Shown here: positions 36,110-45,997 of the stretch, piece after piece
Layout: each line of letters starts with the position of its first letter
Numbering within the stretch: position 1 is the first letter of the stretch
IMG/VR virus record: IMGVR_UViG_3300023082_000009
Location: 1 to 64,000 of that record
DNA length: 64,000 nt
DNA from: a virus
Direction: 5' to 3' (one strand)
Position numbers and translations under genes: made by a program
The notes under the pieces: generated by a model
Seen by the model: only the letters and a program-made list of their open reading frames with translations
Told to the model about the DNA's origin: nothing
Database searches by the model: none

Positions 36110-37380
36110 GCACAGGATTGAAATTCATCGCTTCGGCGATCCAGCACCAGGCGGGGAACGCGATCATCCGCGTCGACCCCGACCTGCTGATCACGGAGCA
36201 AGAGGTAGCGGTCTACGAGTTCTGCCGTGACTACTACCGCAGCTACCGCGAAGTGCCCACGCCCGCGATGGTCCAGGAGAACCTGAACATCCGCATGCCT
36301 CGGGTAGAAGGGCCGGTGGGTTTCTACGAAGACGAACTCCAGGATCGCTTCAACTTCGAGGTGGTCCGGGAGGGCTTCACCGATCTGCGCTCGATGGTCC
36401 AGGAAGGCAAGCCCGGTCCGATGATCGAGACCATGGAGCAGACCATCCGGCGCATCCGTCGGACCCGTCGCGGCCAGGGCGGGATGATCAACATCGGCGA
36501 AGCCATGACCTTGGCCATCGACCGCCTGCAAGCCCTCCAGGGGAGCGGCGGGATGTCAGGGGTACCTACCCCTTGGCCGACCCTCAATCGCATCACCAGC
36601 GGCTACCAGAACGCCGACCTGATCACCTGGGTGGGCCGGACCTCCCTCGGTAAGACGATGATGCTCCTGGCCCAAGCCGAGTTCGCCTATGACAACGGCT
36701 ACTCGGTTCTTTTCGTTACGACGGAGATGGCCTCGGAAGCAATCGCACGACGCTGGATGGCCATGAAGTGGGGCTTCGATCCCGAGGCCCTCAAGTCGGC
36801 CCAGGTCTCCACTTACACCCTGCGCAAGATGCGTGCGCTGAACGTCGAACTCCTCGGGCGGGAGCGCTTCCGTTTGCTCAGCGCCGGGATGAAGGGTGAC
36901 CTTGCCATGGTCGAGGCCGCCATCGAAGAGATGCAGCCCGACATCCTGTTCCTGGACGGTGTGTACCTGATGCGCCCGAGCGGCAAGCAAGTACCCCGCA
37001 GCAAGACCGAGCAGGTCTCTGCCGTGTTCGACGAACTCAAGCAACGCAACATCGACACCAATATCCCGTTTGTCGTCAATACCCAGTTCAACCGGTCATC
37101 CGGGAAGGGCGGTAAAGAGGGCAGCCTGGAAAGCATCGGCCTCTCCGACACGATTGGCCAACACAGCTCCATCGTAATTGCGATCAAGCCTGGACCCACG
37201 GACAACTGGCACCACTCCCGAGAGCTGGACTTGCTCAAGGGGCGGGAAGGTGAACAGGGCAAGGTGAACATCAATTACCGCTTCAAACCTACGGATCTCA
37301 GCGAGATGTCGGATGAGCAACTGGAGGAATGCAGCAATGGGGCGCCCGCTATCGGAAGCGATGGCGAGATCTACACTTGA
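36106..37380 (+). CDS. Replicative DnaB-like helicase
   Basis: GVPTPWPTLN, Walker A GRTSLGKT, TTEM, FLDGVYLM, TQFNR, KGREG. Confidence 0.92.
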   Translation: MSTGLKFIASAIQHQAGNAIIRVDPDLLITEQEVAVYEFCRDYYRSYREVPTPAMVQENLNIRMPRVEGPVGFYEDELQDRFNFEVVREGFTDLRSMVQEGKPGPMIETMEQTIRRIRRTRRGQGGMINIGEAMTLAIDRLQALQGSGGMSGVPTPWPTLNRITSGYQNADLITWVGRTSLGKTMMLLAQAEFAYDNGYSVLFVTTEMASEAIARRWMAMKWGFDPEALKSAQVSTYTLRKMRALNVELLGRERFRLLSAGMKGDLAMVEAAIEEMQPDILFLDGVYLMRPSGKQVPRSKTEQVSAVFDELKQRNIDTNIPFVVNTQFNRSSGKGGKEGSLESIGLSDTIGQHSSIVIAIKPGPTDNWHHSRELDLLKGREGEQGKVNINYRFKPTDLSEMSDEQLEECSNGAPAIGSDGEIYT

Positions 37381-37390
37381 GGACTGAGCA

Positions 37391-40270
37391 ATGACATGCA
37401 ACCGCGACCTTTGTGAGGGGTGCCCGATTGACGGGCTCCATGAGCCAGTCGAGCCGTTGGGCTACGAGGACGCTCCCTACCTCATCGTGACAGACACACC
37501 GAGCAAGGCAGGTGCCAAAGCTGGCCGCCTCCTTGCACCTTCCCACAAGGCAATGCTGTTCAAGCACATGGGCAACGAGCAGTTCACCGAGGACCAGTTC
37601 CAGTACCACCCTCTCTGCCTCTGCCCGTTCGACCAGGACCAGTACAAGAACACCGAGAAGAAGAAGATCTTCAAACACTGCCGGGCGCACCTGGAGGACT
37701 TCATCGACGAGATCCGTCCCGAGGTGATCATCCCCCTGGGCAGCGAGGCCGCGTGCCAAGTCTTCAACAAGTCGGTGAAGATCACCCAGGTGAAAGGTCT
37801 GGGTGCTCAGTCCGATGAGTTCGGCGTGCCGATCTTCCCGCTCCAGAACCCAGGCCTCGCCACTTTCCGTCCTGAGAACGAACCAGTCCTCGCGGCGGAC
37901 ATTGCGTCGTTCGGGCGGTTGGTGGATGCAGGCTTCGACATCGCCAAAGCTGACGACTTCATGACGGGCGATTACACCGAGGTGACTGACCTCCAGTTCC
38001 TCATCGACGGCAAGCACGAACTGCTCTCGTACGATACCGAGACCACCGGCCTGCGCTGGTACCAGAAGGGCGTCAACGTCCGCACCTACGACGAGGCCAA
38101 GCACAAAGGCAAGGACTGGTTCCGCCCACGGTTCCAGATCCTTACGATGCAGTTCACCGTGAAGACCGGCGAGGCGTTTATCCTGGTCTGGGACCACCCA
38201 GAACGCCCGATCCCCGAGGAGCGCAAGCCTGTATTGCGTAACCAGCTTCGGCAGCTGTTGTGCGCACCAGAAACCACGGTAATCGGACAGCGCATCAAGT
38301 TCGATAACGTGGCTCTTTGGATGACCGAGGGTATCCGTTTCCCTATCGGCGGGTGCACCCAGATGCTGTGCGCGATCCACGATGAAAACCTGCCCGAGAA
38401 GAACCTGGACATCCTCACCAAGATCCATGCGCCGGAGATGGCCGGGTACGCCGACCGCTTCAACGCCAGCGTGGACAAGTCGAGGATGTGGGAAGTCCCG
38501 ATCAAGACCATGATCCCGTACGGCGGTGGCGATACCGATGCAGCGTTCCGCGTCTACAACGAGCTGGAGCGCCTCGTGCAGGAAGACGAAAAGAACTGGA
38601 ACCACTACTGCCGCGTCTCGATCCCAGGCCTCAACGCCCTGGCCGCAATGGAGACCCGAGGCATGCTCGTGGATCTCGAAGTGGCCCTGCCAGAGTTCCA
38701 GGCCTACCTGGAGGAGGAGGTGCTGCGCCAGCGCAACAGCCTGCTGGCCCAGGTGCACCGCGACATCAAGCGCGACCACATCGAAGCCAAGAAGGGCGAC
38801 GTGGAAGAGGCCCTCAAGTTCTCCCGTCAAGAGTTCCTCAAGGACATCCTGTTCAACCATCCGAAGGGCTTCAAACTCAAGCCGAAGGTGTGGACCAAGA
38901 CGACAGAGAAACTGCCGGACCACATGAAGGAGCCGAGCACCAGCTCGAAGGACCACCTGCCGTTCTTCTTCGAGAGCTGCCCCTTCACGTTCGAGCTGGC
39001 CGAGTACGTCAAAGACTCCACCATGCTGCGCAACAACGTCCAGGGCTTCCAGGACAAGTTCGTGGTAGATGGATGGTGCCGACCGACCTACTTCCTGGAC
39101 GTGGCGGTGACCCGTCGTACGGCCTCGCGTGACCCCAACGGCCAGAACTTTCCGAAGCGTGGCAAGAAGGCCAAGATGTACCAGCGTTCGTTCATCGCGC
39201 CCAAGGGCAAAGTGATCATCGCGTGCGACTTATCGCAGGCCGAGCTGCGCATCGCGGGCGACATGGCCAACGACAAAGAGATCATCAGGATCTACAACGA
39301 AAACGGCGATATTCACATCACCACGGCTGCTCTCGCGATGGGCATCAGCGAAGAGAAGTTCGCCCTGCTCCCGGCCAAGGAACGTAAGGAGTGGCGGCAG
39401 AAGGCCAAGGCGATCAACTTCGGTTTCATCTACGGGATGTCGTGGAAGAAGTTCATGGCTTACGCCAAGACCCAGTACGGGGTGGAGTTCACCGAGACCG
39501 AAGCCAAGAACATCCGGTCGAACTACTTCAAGAAGTACAAGGGCATTGCAGCGTGGCACGAAGTGGTCAAGAACTTCGTCAAGCAACACGGCTTCGTCCG
39601 CTCCTACAGCGGCCTCGTGCGCCACCTGCCAAGCGTTTACTCCGAGGAGGAGTGGATTCAGGCGGAGGCCATGCGCCAAGGCATCAACAGCCCGGTGCAA
39701 GAGTTCGGCTCCACCCTGGGCGTGATCAGTCTCGGGCGGATGAACGAAGAGATGGACCCGGTGTACCTGGAAGTGTTTGGCTTCATCCACGACGCCATCT
39801 ACGCCTACGTCGACGAGAAGTATGTCGACTGGGGCCTCAAGACACTCAAGGGCTACATGCAGTCCAACGACCTGGAAGATCTGTTTGGCCGGAAGATGAA
39901 GGTGCCGATCATCGCCGACGCGGCGTTTGGCTGGAACCAGGGCGAGCTGTACGAGCTGGGCGACTACGGTGGCTTCGACCTCGACACCCCGTACGACTTC
40001 ACCCAGATCCAGGACAAGGACGGCAATCAGCTGGTCGATCTGCCACCGCAGGAGATCCCACCAAATGGCGGTTTCCTCACCCGCTCCCCGTACACCGAGG
40101 TCACCGACCTGGAAGACGAAAGCGTTGTGGTCGCAGTGCGCCGTCGCCACCTGGGCGTAGCACCGCCACGCCAAGCACAGGTCAAGCCACGCCGGGTGGC
40201 CGTCCGGGAGGAGGAACCGGAGCAAGTCAAGGCGGTCAAGCGGACGTACCGCAGCCGCGAATCAGTGTAG
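37391..40270 (+). CDS. DNA polymerase family A with N-terminal UDG-like domain and 3'-5' exonuclease
   Basis: YDTETTGL (Exo I), DLSQAELRI (motif A), RQKAKAINFGFIYG (motif B), IHDAIY (motif C). Confidence 0.95.
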   Translation: MTCNRDLCEGCPIDGLHEPVEPLGYEDAPYLIVTDTPSKAGAKAGRLLAPSHKAMLFKHMGNEQFTEDQFQYHPLCLCPFDQDQYKNTEKKKIFKHCRAHLEDFIDEIRPEVIIPLGSEAACQVFNKSVKITQVKGLGAQSDEFGVPIFPLQNPGLATFRPENEPVLAADIASFGRLVDAGFDIAKADDFMTGDYTEVTDLQFLIDGKHELLSYDTETTGLRWYQKGVNVRTYDEAKHKGKDWFRPRFQILTMQFTVKTGEAFILVWDHPERPIPEERKPVLRNQLRQLLCAPETTVIGQRIKFDNVALWMTEGIRFPIGGCTQMLCAIHDENLPEKNLDILTKIHAPEMAGYADRFNASVDKSRMWEVPIKTMIPYGGGDTDAAFRVYNELERLVQEDEKNWNHYCRVSIPGLNALAAMETRGMLVDLEVALPEFQAYLEEEVLRQRNSLLAQVHRDIKRDHIEAKKGDVEEALKFSRQEFLKDILFNHPKGFKLKPKVWTKTTEKLPDHMKEPSTSSKDHLPFFFESCPFTFELAEYVKDSTMLRNNVQGFQDKFVVDGWCRPTYFLDVAVTRRTASRDPNGQNFPKRGKKAKMYQRSFIAPKGKVIIACDLSQAELRIAGDMANDKEIIRIYNENGDIHITTAALAMGISEEKFALLPAKERKEWRQKAKAINFGFIYGMSWKKFMAYAKTQYGVEFTETEAKNIRSNYFKKYKGIAAWHEVVKNFVKQHGFVRSYSGLVRHLPSVYSEEEWIQAEAMRQGINSPVQEFGSTLGVISLGRMNEEMDPVYLEVFGFIHDAIYAYVDEKYVDWGLKTLKGYMQSNDLEDLFGRKMKVPIIADAAFGWNQGELYELGDYGGFDLDTPYDFTQIQDKDGNQLVDLPPQEIPPNGGFLTRSPYTEVTDLEDESVVVAVRRRHLGVAPPRQAQVKPRRVAVREEEPEQVKAVKRTYRSRESV

Positions 40271-40325
40271 CTACCCTGGGGCCGTGATTGGCCCCAGACT
40301 TCTTTTCACTACAGGAGATACCACC

Positions 40326-40781
40326 ATGTCCGAAGAACGCATCATCCGCCGCACACGCACCGTAGCCCGAGGGGTACTCCGCCAGGAGCCTACTCACCTG
40401 GGCGACATCAACCAACGCATGCAATTGATTGCAGAAGCCGAGGCCGAGATCCGCAAGACCCTGGAGGCCATCGAGACAGCCAAGGCCGAAGTGGAAGACC
40501 TCATGAAGGCCGCAAAGCTGACCACCCACGAGCACCTGGGGCTGATCGCGGAGTGGGTCGAGACCAAGACCAACTCGTCTACCGAAGTCAGCGTAGAAGC
40601 GGCTCGCAAGGCGATCAGGAACGACAAGGACTTCTTCTCCGTCCTCAAGGTCCAGATGGGTCCGCTGGGCAAGGTGCTGTCCGAGAACGAGATCAAGGCC
40701 ATCGCCAAGGTCACGCCCGGTCAGGTCACCGGCAAGAAGTTCCAGATCATGCAACCGAAAAAGAAGGCAGGCAAAAAATGA
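40326..40781 (+). CDS. Hypothetical protein
   Basis: AGGAG RBS; coiled coil; IIRRTR N-terminus. Confidence 0.7.
   Translation: MSEERIIRRTRTVARGVLRQEPTHLGDINQRMQLIAEAEAEIRKTLEAIETAKAEVEDLMKAAKLTTHEHLGLIAEWVETKTNSSTEVSVEAARKAIRNDKDFFSVLKVQMGPLGKVLSENEIKAIAKVTPGQVTGKKFQIMQPKKKAGKK
40419..40434. repeat. Dispersed palindrome copy (in CDS, reverse)
   Basis: ATGCAATTGATTGCAG. Confidence 0.9.
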
Positions 40782-41335
40782 ACAAGACCCTGGAGCTGGC
40801 CGATCACCTCGAACGCACCCCTGCCGACTCCGGGGTGCTTGTTGTCCACGATGCCTTGCGTATGGCTGCCGCCGAGCTGCGCCGCCTGGACGCGCTGATC
40901 AACACACCCGAGACCGAGAACTTCGTCGAAGGCATCCGCCTGGAAGCCGCACACCAGGAGCAGCGCTGGGGCGCGTCGCACGATGACGGTAAGGGTCCGC
41001 AGGACTGGTACTGGCTCGTCGGCCACCTCGCAGGCAAGGCCCTCATGTCCTTCGTTACGGGCGACATCGAGAAGGCCAAACACCACGTCATCACAACAGC
41101 TGCGGCGCTGGCCAACTGGCACCGCAAACTCTGTGGGAGCGGCACCATGCGTCCAGGCATCGCACCACCAGAGCCGGAGAAGACCGAGGAGTACCAGCAG
41201 GGCTTCAAGGCTTACCAGGAAGGCCGCACCCCTTGCGCCAACCCCTACCTGTCCACCAACCAGTTCTGGGCCAGCGGCTCTTGGGCTCGCGGCTTCCGCG
41301 CCGCCGCTCTCAAAGACACAAAGGAGCATGGCTAA
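40778..41335 (+). CDS. Hypothetical protein, MazG-like helical core plus Rmf-like C-terminus
   Basis: EAAHQEQRWG...W core; YQQGFKAY...NPY...WARGF tail. Confidence 0.45.
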   Translation: MNKTLELADHLERTPADSGVLVVHDALRMAAAELRRLDALINTPETENFVEGIRLEAAHQEQRWGASHDDGKGPQDWYWLVGHLAGKALMSFVTGDIEKAKHHVITTAAALANWHRKLCGSGTMRPGIAPPEPEKTEEYQQGFKAYQEGRTPCANPYLSTNQFWASGSWARGFRAAALKDTKEHG

Positions 41336-42333
41336 TGGAGCGGGCGCACATCAAGGAGGTTCTGCGTGACGTGTTCGGGCGGAACTTCGCGATGAAGGAT
41401 CTCGGCGAGTGGGTGAGTATCAAGTGCCCGCTGGCCAAGTGGACCCACGAGAAGGGCTCCGACTCCACGGCGTCTGCCGGGGTCAAGGTCGCGCCCGACG
41501 GCACCAGTATCTACAACTGCTTCACCTGCAAGCACCCCAAGCCGTTCCACGCCATGCTCAAGGAGTACGCGGAGTATTCCGGGGACAACCTGGACGGCTT
41601 GATCGAGGAGCTGGAGGAGGGTGAGTTCCTCGGCCCGTCCAGGCCCCGCACGTACGACGAGATCCGGGCGGAGATGGCCCAGGAAACCGAGATGGCTATG
41701 CCCCTGGACGAAGGCCTGTACATGGACCTCTACCAGCCAGCAGGCAAGCACCGGTACCTGCGTGATCGCGGCATCGACCTCGCCACCTCCCAGAAGCTGG
41801 AGCTGCGGTTTGATCCGAAGGACAGCGAAGGCGAGGCCCGCATCATGTTCCCGGTGCGCGGCCCCGATGGCCTGCTCTACGGGTTCAGCGGGCGGGCGAT
41901 CAACCCAGGTGCCCGGCTCAAGGTCCGCGACTACCACGGCCTCAAGAAGTCCGAGATGGTCCTGGGCTCGCACCTCGTAGGGCCGACCGACAAGATCTGC
42001 ATCGTCGAGGGGCTCTTCGACTACGCCAACGCGCATCAGTGTGGCTATACAGGGTGTGCCGTAATGCACTCAACTATGACCGATCACCAAGCCGACATCT
42101 TCCGGGATCTCGGGCGGCCAGCCTACCTCTTCTACGATGACGACAAGGCCGGTGAAGATGGCAACGTGATTGCCGAACGGAAACTGAAAGGCCACATCCC
42201 TCTACTCGGAGTGACCTACCCAGACGTGAAGATTGAAGACGATTCACCGGAAGGATGGCACTGGCTCAAAGACCCCGGAGAGATGATTCCCGAGGACTTT
42301 GCCCAGATGATCCGGGACGCCTATCTTCTTTGA
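41335..42333 (+). CDS. DNA primase (zinc finger plus TOPRIM)
   Basis: CPLAKWTH...CFTC, GFSGR, IVEGLFD, YDDDKAG, KDPGE. Confidence 0.9.
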   Translation: MERAHIKEVLRDVFGRNFAMKDLGEWVSIKCPLAKWTHEKGSDSTASAGVKVAPDGTSIYNCFTCKHPKPFHAMLKEYAEYSGDNLDGLIEELEEGEFLGPSRPRTYDEIRAEMAQETEMAMPLDEGLYMDLYQPAGKHRYLRDRGIDLATSQKLELRFDPKDSEGEARIMFPVRGPDGLLYGFSGRAINPGARLKVRDYHGLKKSEMVLGSHLVGPTDKICIVEGLFDYANAHQCGYTGCAVMHSTMTDHQADIFRDLGRPAYLFYDDDKAGEDGNVIAERKLKGHIPLLGVTYPDVKIEDDSPEGWHWLKDPGEMIPEDFAQMIRDAYLL

Positions 42334-42358
42334 CATACGAAAGGCCAATGCCTAGTAT
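42330..42358 (+). promoter_or_regulatory. Sigma70-type promoter
   Basis: TTGACA-N17-TAGTAT upstream of the SSB/recombination genes. Confidence 0.7.
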
Positions 42359-42366
42359 GGTGCGAC

Positions 42367-42741
42367 ATGACTAATGGTCAGATAGAAGAACCCGATTACT
42401 TCCTGTTGCACCTCCAACCCCTCTTGAAGGGCAAGAGCGTAAAGCTCGTAGTTGAGCAGGAAAAGACGCACGGAAAGGTTAACCGTCTCGTGCAAAAAGG
42501 ATTACTCATCGCGCCAGGGAAAGTCTACGGACTCGATACCCATGCGATGGTAGTGTCGCTCCTCGGGAGCGGGAGCTGCGTGATCTATCCAGACTCGCAG
42601 ACAAGCAAAGGTGAATTGGTCAAGGCTGGGCTCTCCGCTCGGCTGGCCATAGCCTTAATTGATTCACTTAAAAAACTCTACGGAGAGTCAACCCATGGCA
42701 CCGCAAAGACCCGCAAGACCCGCTCGCGCCGCAGCAAGTAA
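42367..42741 (+). CDS. Hypothetical protein
   Basis: ORF just after the promoter; weak RBS, atypical codon usage. Confidence 0.4.
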   Translation: MTNGQIEEPDYFLLHLQPLLKGKSVKLVVEQEKTHGKVNRLVQKGLLIAPGKVYGLDTHAMVVSLLGSGSCVIYPDSQTSKGELVKAGLSARLAIALIDSLKKLYGESTHGTAKTRKTRSRRSK

Positions 42742-43975
42742 GGCGCCAGCAGCACGCACTTCCTACCGAGGCGACGCGGGCCGTCGTCAGATGGAGGAAG
42801 AGCAGATCCGCCAGGAAGCAGCCAAAGAAGCACGCAAGGCCAAAGGCTTTGAACCCTTCCGCTTCTGGACCCCGGTTGGCGAAACTCGCCAGATCGTGAT
42901 CATCGACGACGCGCCGGACTTCTTCCGCTACGAGCACGCCCTGAAAAGTGCAGGCTCGAATCGCTACGACAACTTCTTGCCGTGCATCAACGAAGACGCC
43001 AACTGCCCGGCCTGCTCGGTATCCGAGAAGCCTGCGTACTTTGCCATGTACCTGTCGGTCATCGACCTGACTCCGTACAACAACAAAGACGGCGACGAAG
43101 TTCCATGGTCCAAGAAAATGCTGGTCGTGAAACCGTCCCAGCAGAAGAAGATCTCCCGCCTGTTCGAGCGTGAAGGCTCCCTGCGCGGCATGATTCTGGA
43201 CATGACCCGCGACGGCGACAAAGACGCGGCCATTGGCAACGACATCGAGTTCGTGGGCTGGATGGAAGAAGACGAACTGGCCACCTACTACGATGAATAC
43301 ACGGACAAAGACGGCAAGGTCCAAACCATCGACTGCCTGGAGCCGTTCGACTACGACAGCATCTACCCTGAAATGACCGAAGAGCAGTTGGCTACCATCG
43401 CAGGCGTAACCGACCACGGCGTGGGCAACCGTCGCCAGACTGATCGTGCGATTGGCCGTGGCGGTCGTGAAGCTCCAGCACCAGCAGCTCGCGGTGGTCG
43501 TTCCGCAGGCCGTCGTGATGCCGAGGCGCCGACTCGTCCAGCGCGGGGCGGTCGTCAGGCTCCTGCCGATGATGGCAACGATGACCAGCAGGACGCACCA
43601 CAACGTGGTCGCCGCCCAGCGCCAGCAGCAGAAGCCCCGGCACGCGGTCGTCGCCAAGCAGCGGAAGAAGCCCCGGCGCCTACTCGTGGCCGCCGTGCGC
43701 CTCCACCGCCTGCCGACGATTACCCGGATGACCAGGGTGGCGAAGACTACGCCGATGACGCCCCAGCAGAAGCTCCACCGGCACGCGGCGGTCGTCGCCC
43801 GGCACCGGCAGCAGAAGCGCCTTCGCGTGGTCGCCGCCCATCGCCAGCAGCTGATGATGCCCCTCAGCGTCCAGCTCGCGGCGGTCGTGCGGCAGCAGCA
43901 CACGAAGACCCGCCATTCGAGGAAGAGCCACCAGCAGCGCGGGGCCGTACTGCCCTTCGCGGTCGGCGTAACTAA
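42695..43975 (+). CDS. Single-stranded DNA-binding protein (gp32-like) with RGG-rich disordered tail
   Basis: FRFW...YEH...C...CPAC zinc module, SVID, MTRDG; low-complexity C-terminal half. Confidence 0.7.
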   Translation: MAPQRPARPARAAASKAPAARTSYRGDAGRRQMEEEQIRQEAAKEARKAKGFEPFRFWTPVGETRQIVIIDDAPDFFRYEHALKSAGSNRYDNFLPCINEDANCPACSVSEKPAYFAMYLSVIDLTPYNNKDGDEVPWSKKMLVVKPSQQKKISRLFEREGSLRGMILDMTRDGDKDAAIGNDIEFVGWMEEDELATYYDEYTDKDGKVQTIDCLEPFDYDSIYPEMTEEQLATIAGVTDHGVGNRRQTDRAIGRGGREAPAPAARGGRSAGRRDAEAPTRPARGGRQAPADDGNDDQQDAPQRGRRPAPAAEAPARGRRQAAEEAPAPTRGRRAPPPPADDYPDDQGGEDYADDAPAEAPPARGGRRPAPAAEAPSRGRRPSPAADDAPQRPARGGRAAAAHEDPPFEEEPPAARGRTALRGRRN

Positions 43976-43978
43976 ACC

Positions 43979-45667
43979 ATGCGCCCGGCTATCCTTGCGG
44001 GCGCTATGAAGCTCCCTCTCGATAGTATCGACGCCCCTGCCGTAAAGAAGCTGACCACCTACAAGCATCGCCCCCTGGGCCTTGCCGACGGTGAGCCAGA
44101 TCTGGAGGTCGAGGCTTGGTACTACGAGGGGGATTTTCTTTGCGTGCCCCGCCAGCTCGGGATCACGCTGTGCAATCAGTTGCACATCGAGATCGAAGAT
44201 CAGACCAGTGATGGGTTCCCTGCCGTCTTCCCTTGCATCCCCGATCCCAGGGTGTACCAGGAGCCGCAGATCGACCAGATCGTGGAAACCTTCGACAGCT
44301 TTTACGACTTCATCTTCCGTGCCCATACCGGGTGGGGTAAGACCGTGGGCTCCCTCATTGCCGCAGCGCGGATGGGGCGGACCACCATTGTCATCGTTGA
44401 CCAGGACAACCTCCGGGAGCAGTGGGAGGAGTGCCTGATCAAGTTGTTCGGCTTCAAGCCCGAGGAGATCGGGATCATCCAGGGGCCGGAGAAGAAGTGG
44501 CGCTGGAAGGGACTGGCCGTAACCATCGCTATGGTGCAGACCCTCAGCCAGAAGGGCGTGTCGGAGGAGATGGCGGAATACTACGGTACTGCCATCGTCG
44601 ACGAGGTACACACCGCTGGCGCCCCGACGTTCTCCGCCTCCCTGGTCATGTTCAGCGCCGGTCGACGCCTGGGCGTGTCTGCTACTCCTGGTCGCCGTGA
44701 TGGCCTCCAGCGCGCCCTGGACCACAACCTGGGCAAGATCCGCGTGGCAGCCGACAAGGAGCACGACCGCTCCGCCGTCTACGTGATCCGTCACGAGACC
44801 GTCTACAGCTTCTACGGCAACGTGTCCAAGATGACCGGGCGGATCTTCTCCGAGGTCGAGGAGGATGGCCCGCGTAACATGACGATCATGGAGGCAGCTC
44901 TCTGGCTGTACGAGTCGGGGCGGGACGTGCTGATCCTCTCGGACCGTATCGAGCAGCTGCGGGAGCTGATGAGCATCGGCTATTACCTGGGGGTGCCCGA
45001 GGAGGAGATGGGCCTGTATACTGGCCACGACCCCCAGTGGATCTTCGGCAAAGACCCGAAGCCTACCAAGAGACCTGATGACCTGCACCGATGGAAAGAC
45101 GACCGAGGCCGCTTCGTGTACGCGGAGTACAGCGCGGTCGGTTTGCAGCTCGTGAGGAAACGAATTCCTAAAGCCACACTCAAACAGGTCAAAGAAAGAT
45201 GCACGATGATGTTTGCTACATACGGGATGTGCTCAAAGGGCTTCGACAAACCCAGCCTCACGGGCGGCATCGACGCTACACCTAGAAGCACGGCAGAACA
45301 GATTCACGGTCGGATTCTCCGAGGGGAAGACGGCAGGCCAATACCGATCTGGGTAACCATCGCCGACGTGAACAGCTACCGACTGATGTATTCGTTCGGT
45401 AGTCGGGTGAAGGAGTATCTCAAAAGCAATGGTGTCCTCTTTGAGTGGCACCCAGACGGGAGTGTTGAACCATGCGACGTGACAGACCTAAAGGCAGAGA
45501 TCTACGACCGGGTAACCGAGCTGAAATCTATGCAGATCCAAACCAACAGCGACGGGCTAAATATTCTGCTGACGGCCAAGGACGCGCAGAGAAACAAGCG
45601 GACAGCCGAGCGCGCTATAATGCAAAAGTTCCAAAGACCGCCAGCCCGCCTGCCCCGCCATCAGTGA
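43979..45667 (+). CDS. Superfamily 2 DNA helicase
   Basis: AHTGWGKT, DEVH, SATP, QIHGRILR. Confidence 0.9.
   Translation: MRPAILAGAMKLPLDSIDAPAVKKLTTYKHRPLGLADGEPDLEVEAWYYEGDFLCVPRQLGITLCNQLHIEIEDQTSDGFPAVFPCIPDPRVYQEPQIDQIVETFDSFYDFIFRAHTGWGKTVGSLIAAARMGRTTIVIVDQDNLREQWEECLIKLFGFKPEEIGIIQGPEKKWRWKGLAVTIAMVQTLSQKGVSEEMAEYYGTAIVDEVHTAGAPTFSASLVMFSAGRRLGVSATPGRRDGLQRALDHNLGKIRVAADKEHDRSAVYVIRHETVYSFYGNVSKMTGRIFSEVEEDGPRNMTIMEAALWLYESGRDVLILSDRIEQLRELMSIGYYLGVPEEEMGLYTGHDPQWIFGKDPKPTKRPDDLHRWKDDRGRFVYAEYSAVGLQLVRKRIPKATLKQVKERCTMMFATYGMCSKGFDKPSLTGGIDATPRSTAEQIHGRILRGEDGRPIPIWVTIADVNSYRLMYSFGSRVKEYLKSNGVLFEWHPDGSVEPCDVTDLKAEIYDRVTELKSMQIQTNSDGLNILLTAKDAQRNKRTAERAIMQKFQRPPARLPRHQ
44170..44185. 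repeat. Dispersed palindrome copy (in helicase CDS)
   Basis: GTGCAATCAGTTGCAC. Confidence 0.85.
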
Positions 45668-45990
45668 GGCGAGGACATCGGCGCGAGGTGAGTCAAGCTG
45701 ATATGGACGGTACCGCAATCGTAGAGAGCTACACGGTGCCCGAGGCGGCGGAGGCAATGGGCAAAGCCCTGAACACCTTCCGACGCTGGATACACGATGA
45801 ACTGATCCCTGGCCCGTACCTGCATGACACGCAGTCGGGGTATCTGGTCTACAGCAGAGGCGAGCTGGACATAATCGCCCAGGCACTGCAAGTGCACGCC
45901 GAGGAGTTCTCCTACTTCCGGGCGGACCACACGACAGTGATTCATGCAATCAACCAGCGCATCCAGGCATACCGCTCGATGCACATCTGA
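45472..45990 (+). CDS. MerR-type helix-turn-helix protein (start uncertain, 45472 or 45703)
   Basis: YTVPEAAEAMGKALNTFRRW...LIP...VYS pattern. Confidence 0.65.
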   Translation: MRRDRPKGRDLRPGNRAEIYADPNQQRRAKYSADGQGRAEKQADSRARYNAKVPKTASPPAPPSVRRGHRREVSQADMDGTAIVESYTVPEAAEAMGKALNTFRRWIHDELIPGPYLHDTQSGYLVYSRGELDIIAQALQVHAEEFSYFRADHTTVIHAINQRIQAYRSMHI

Positions 45991-45997
45991 GGTCACC

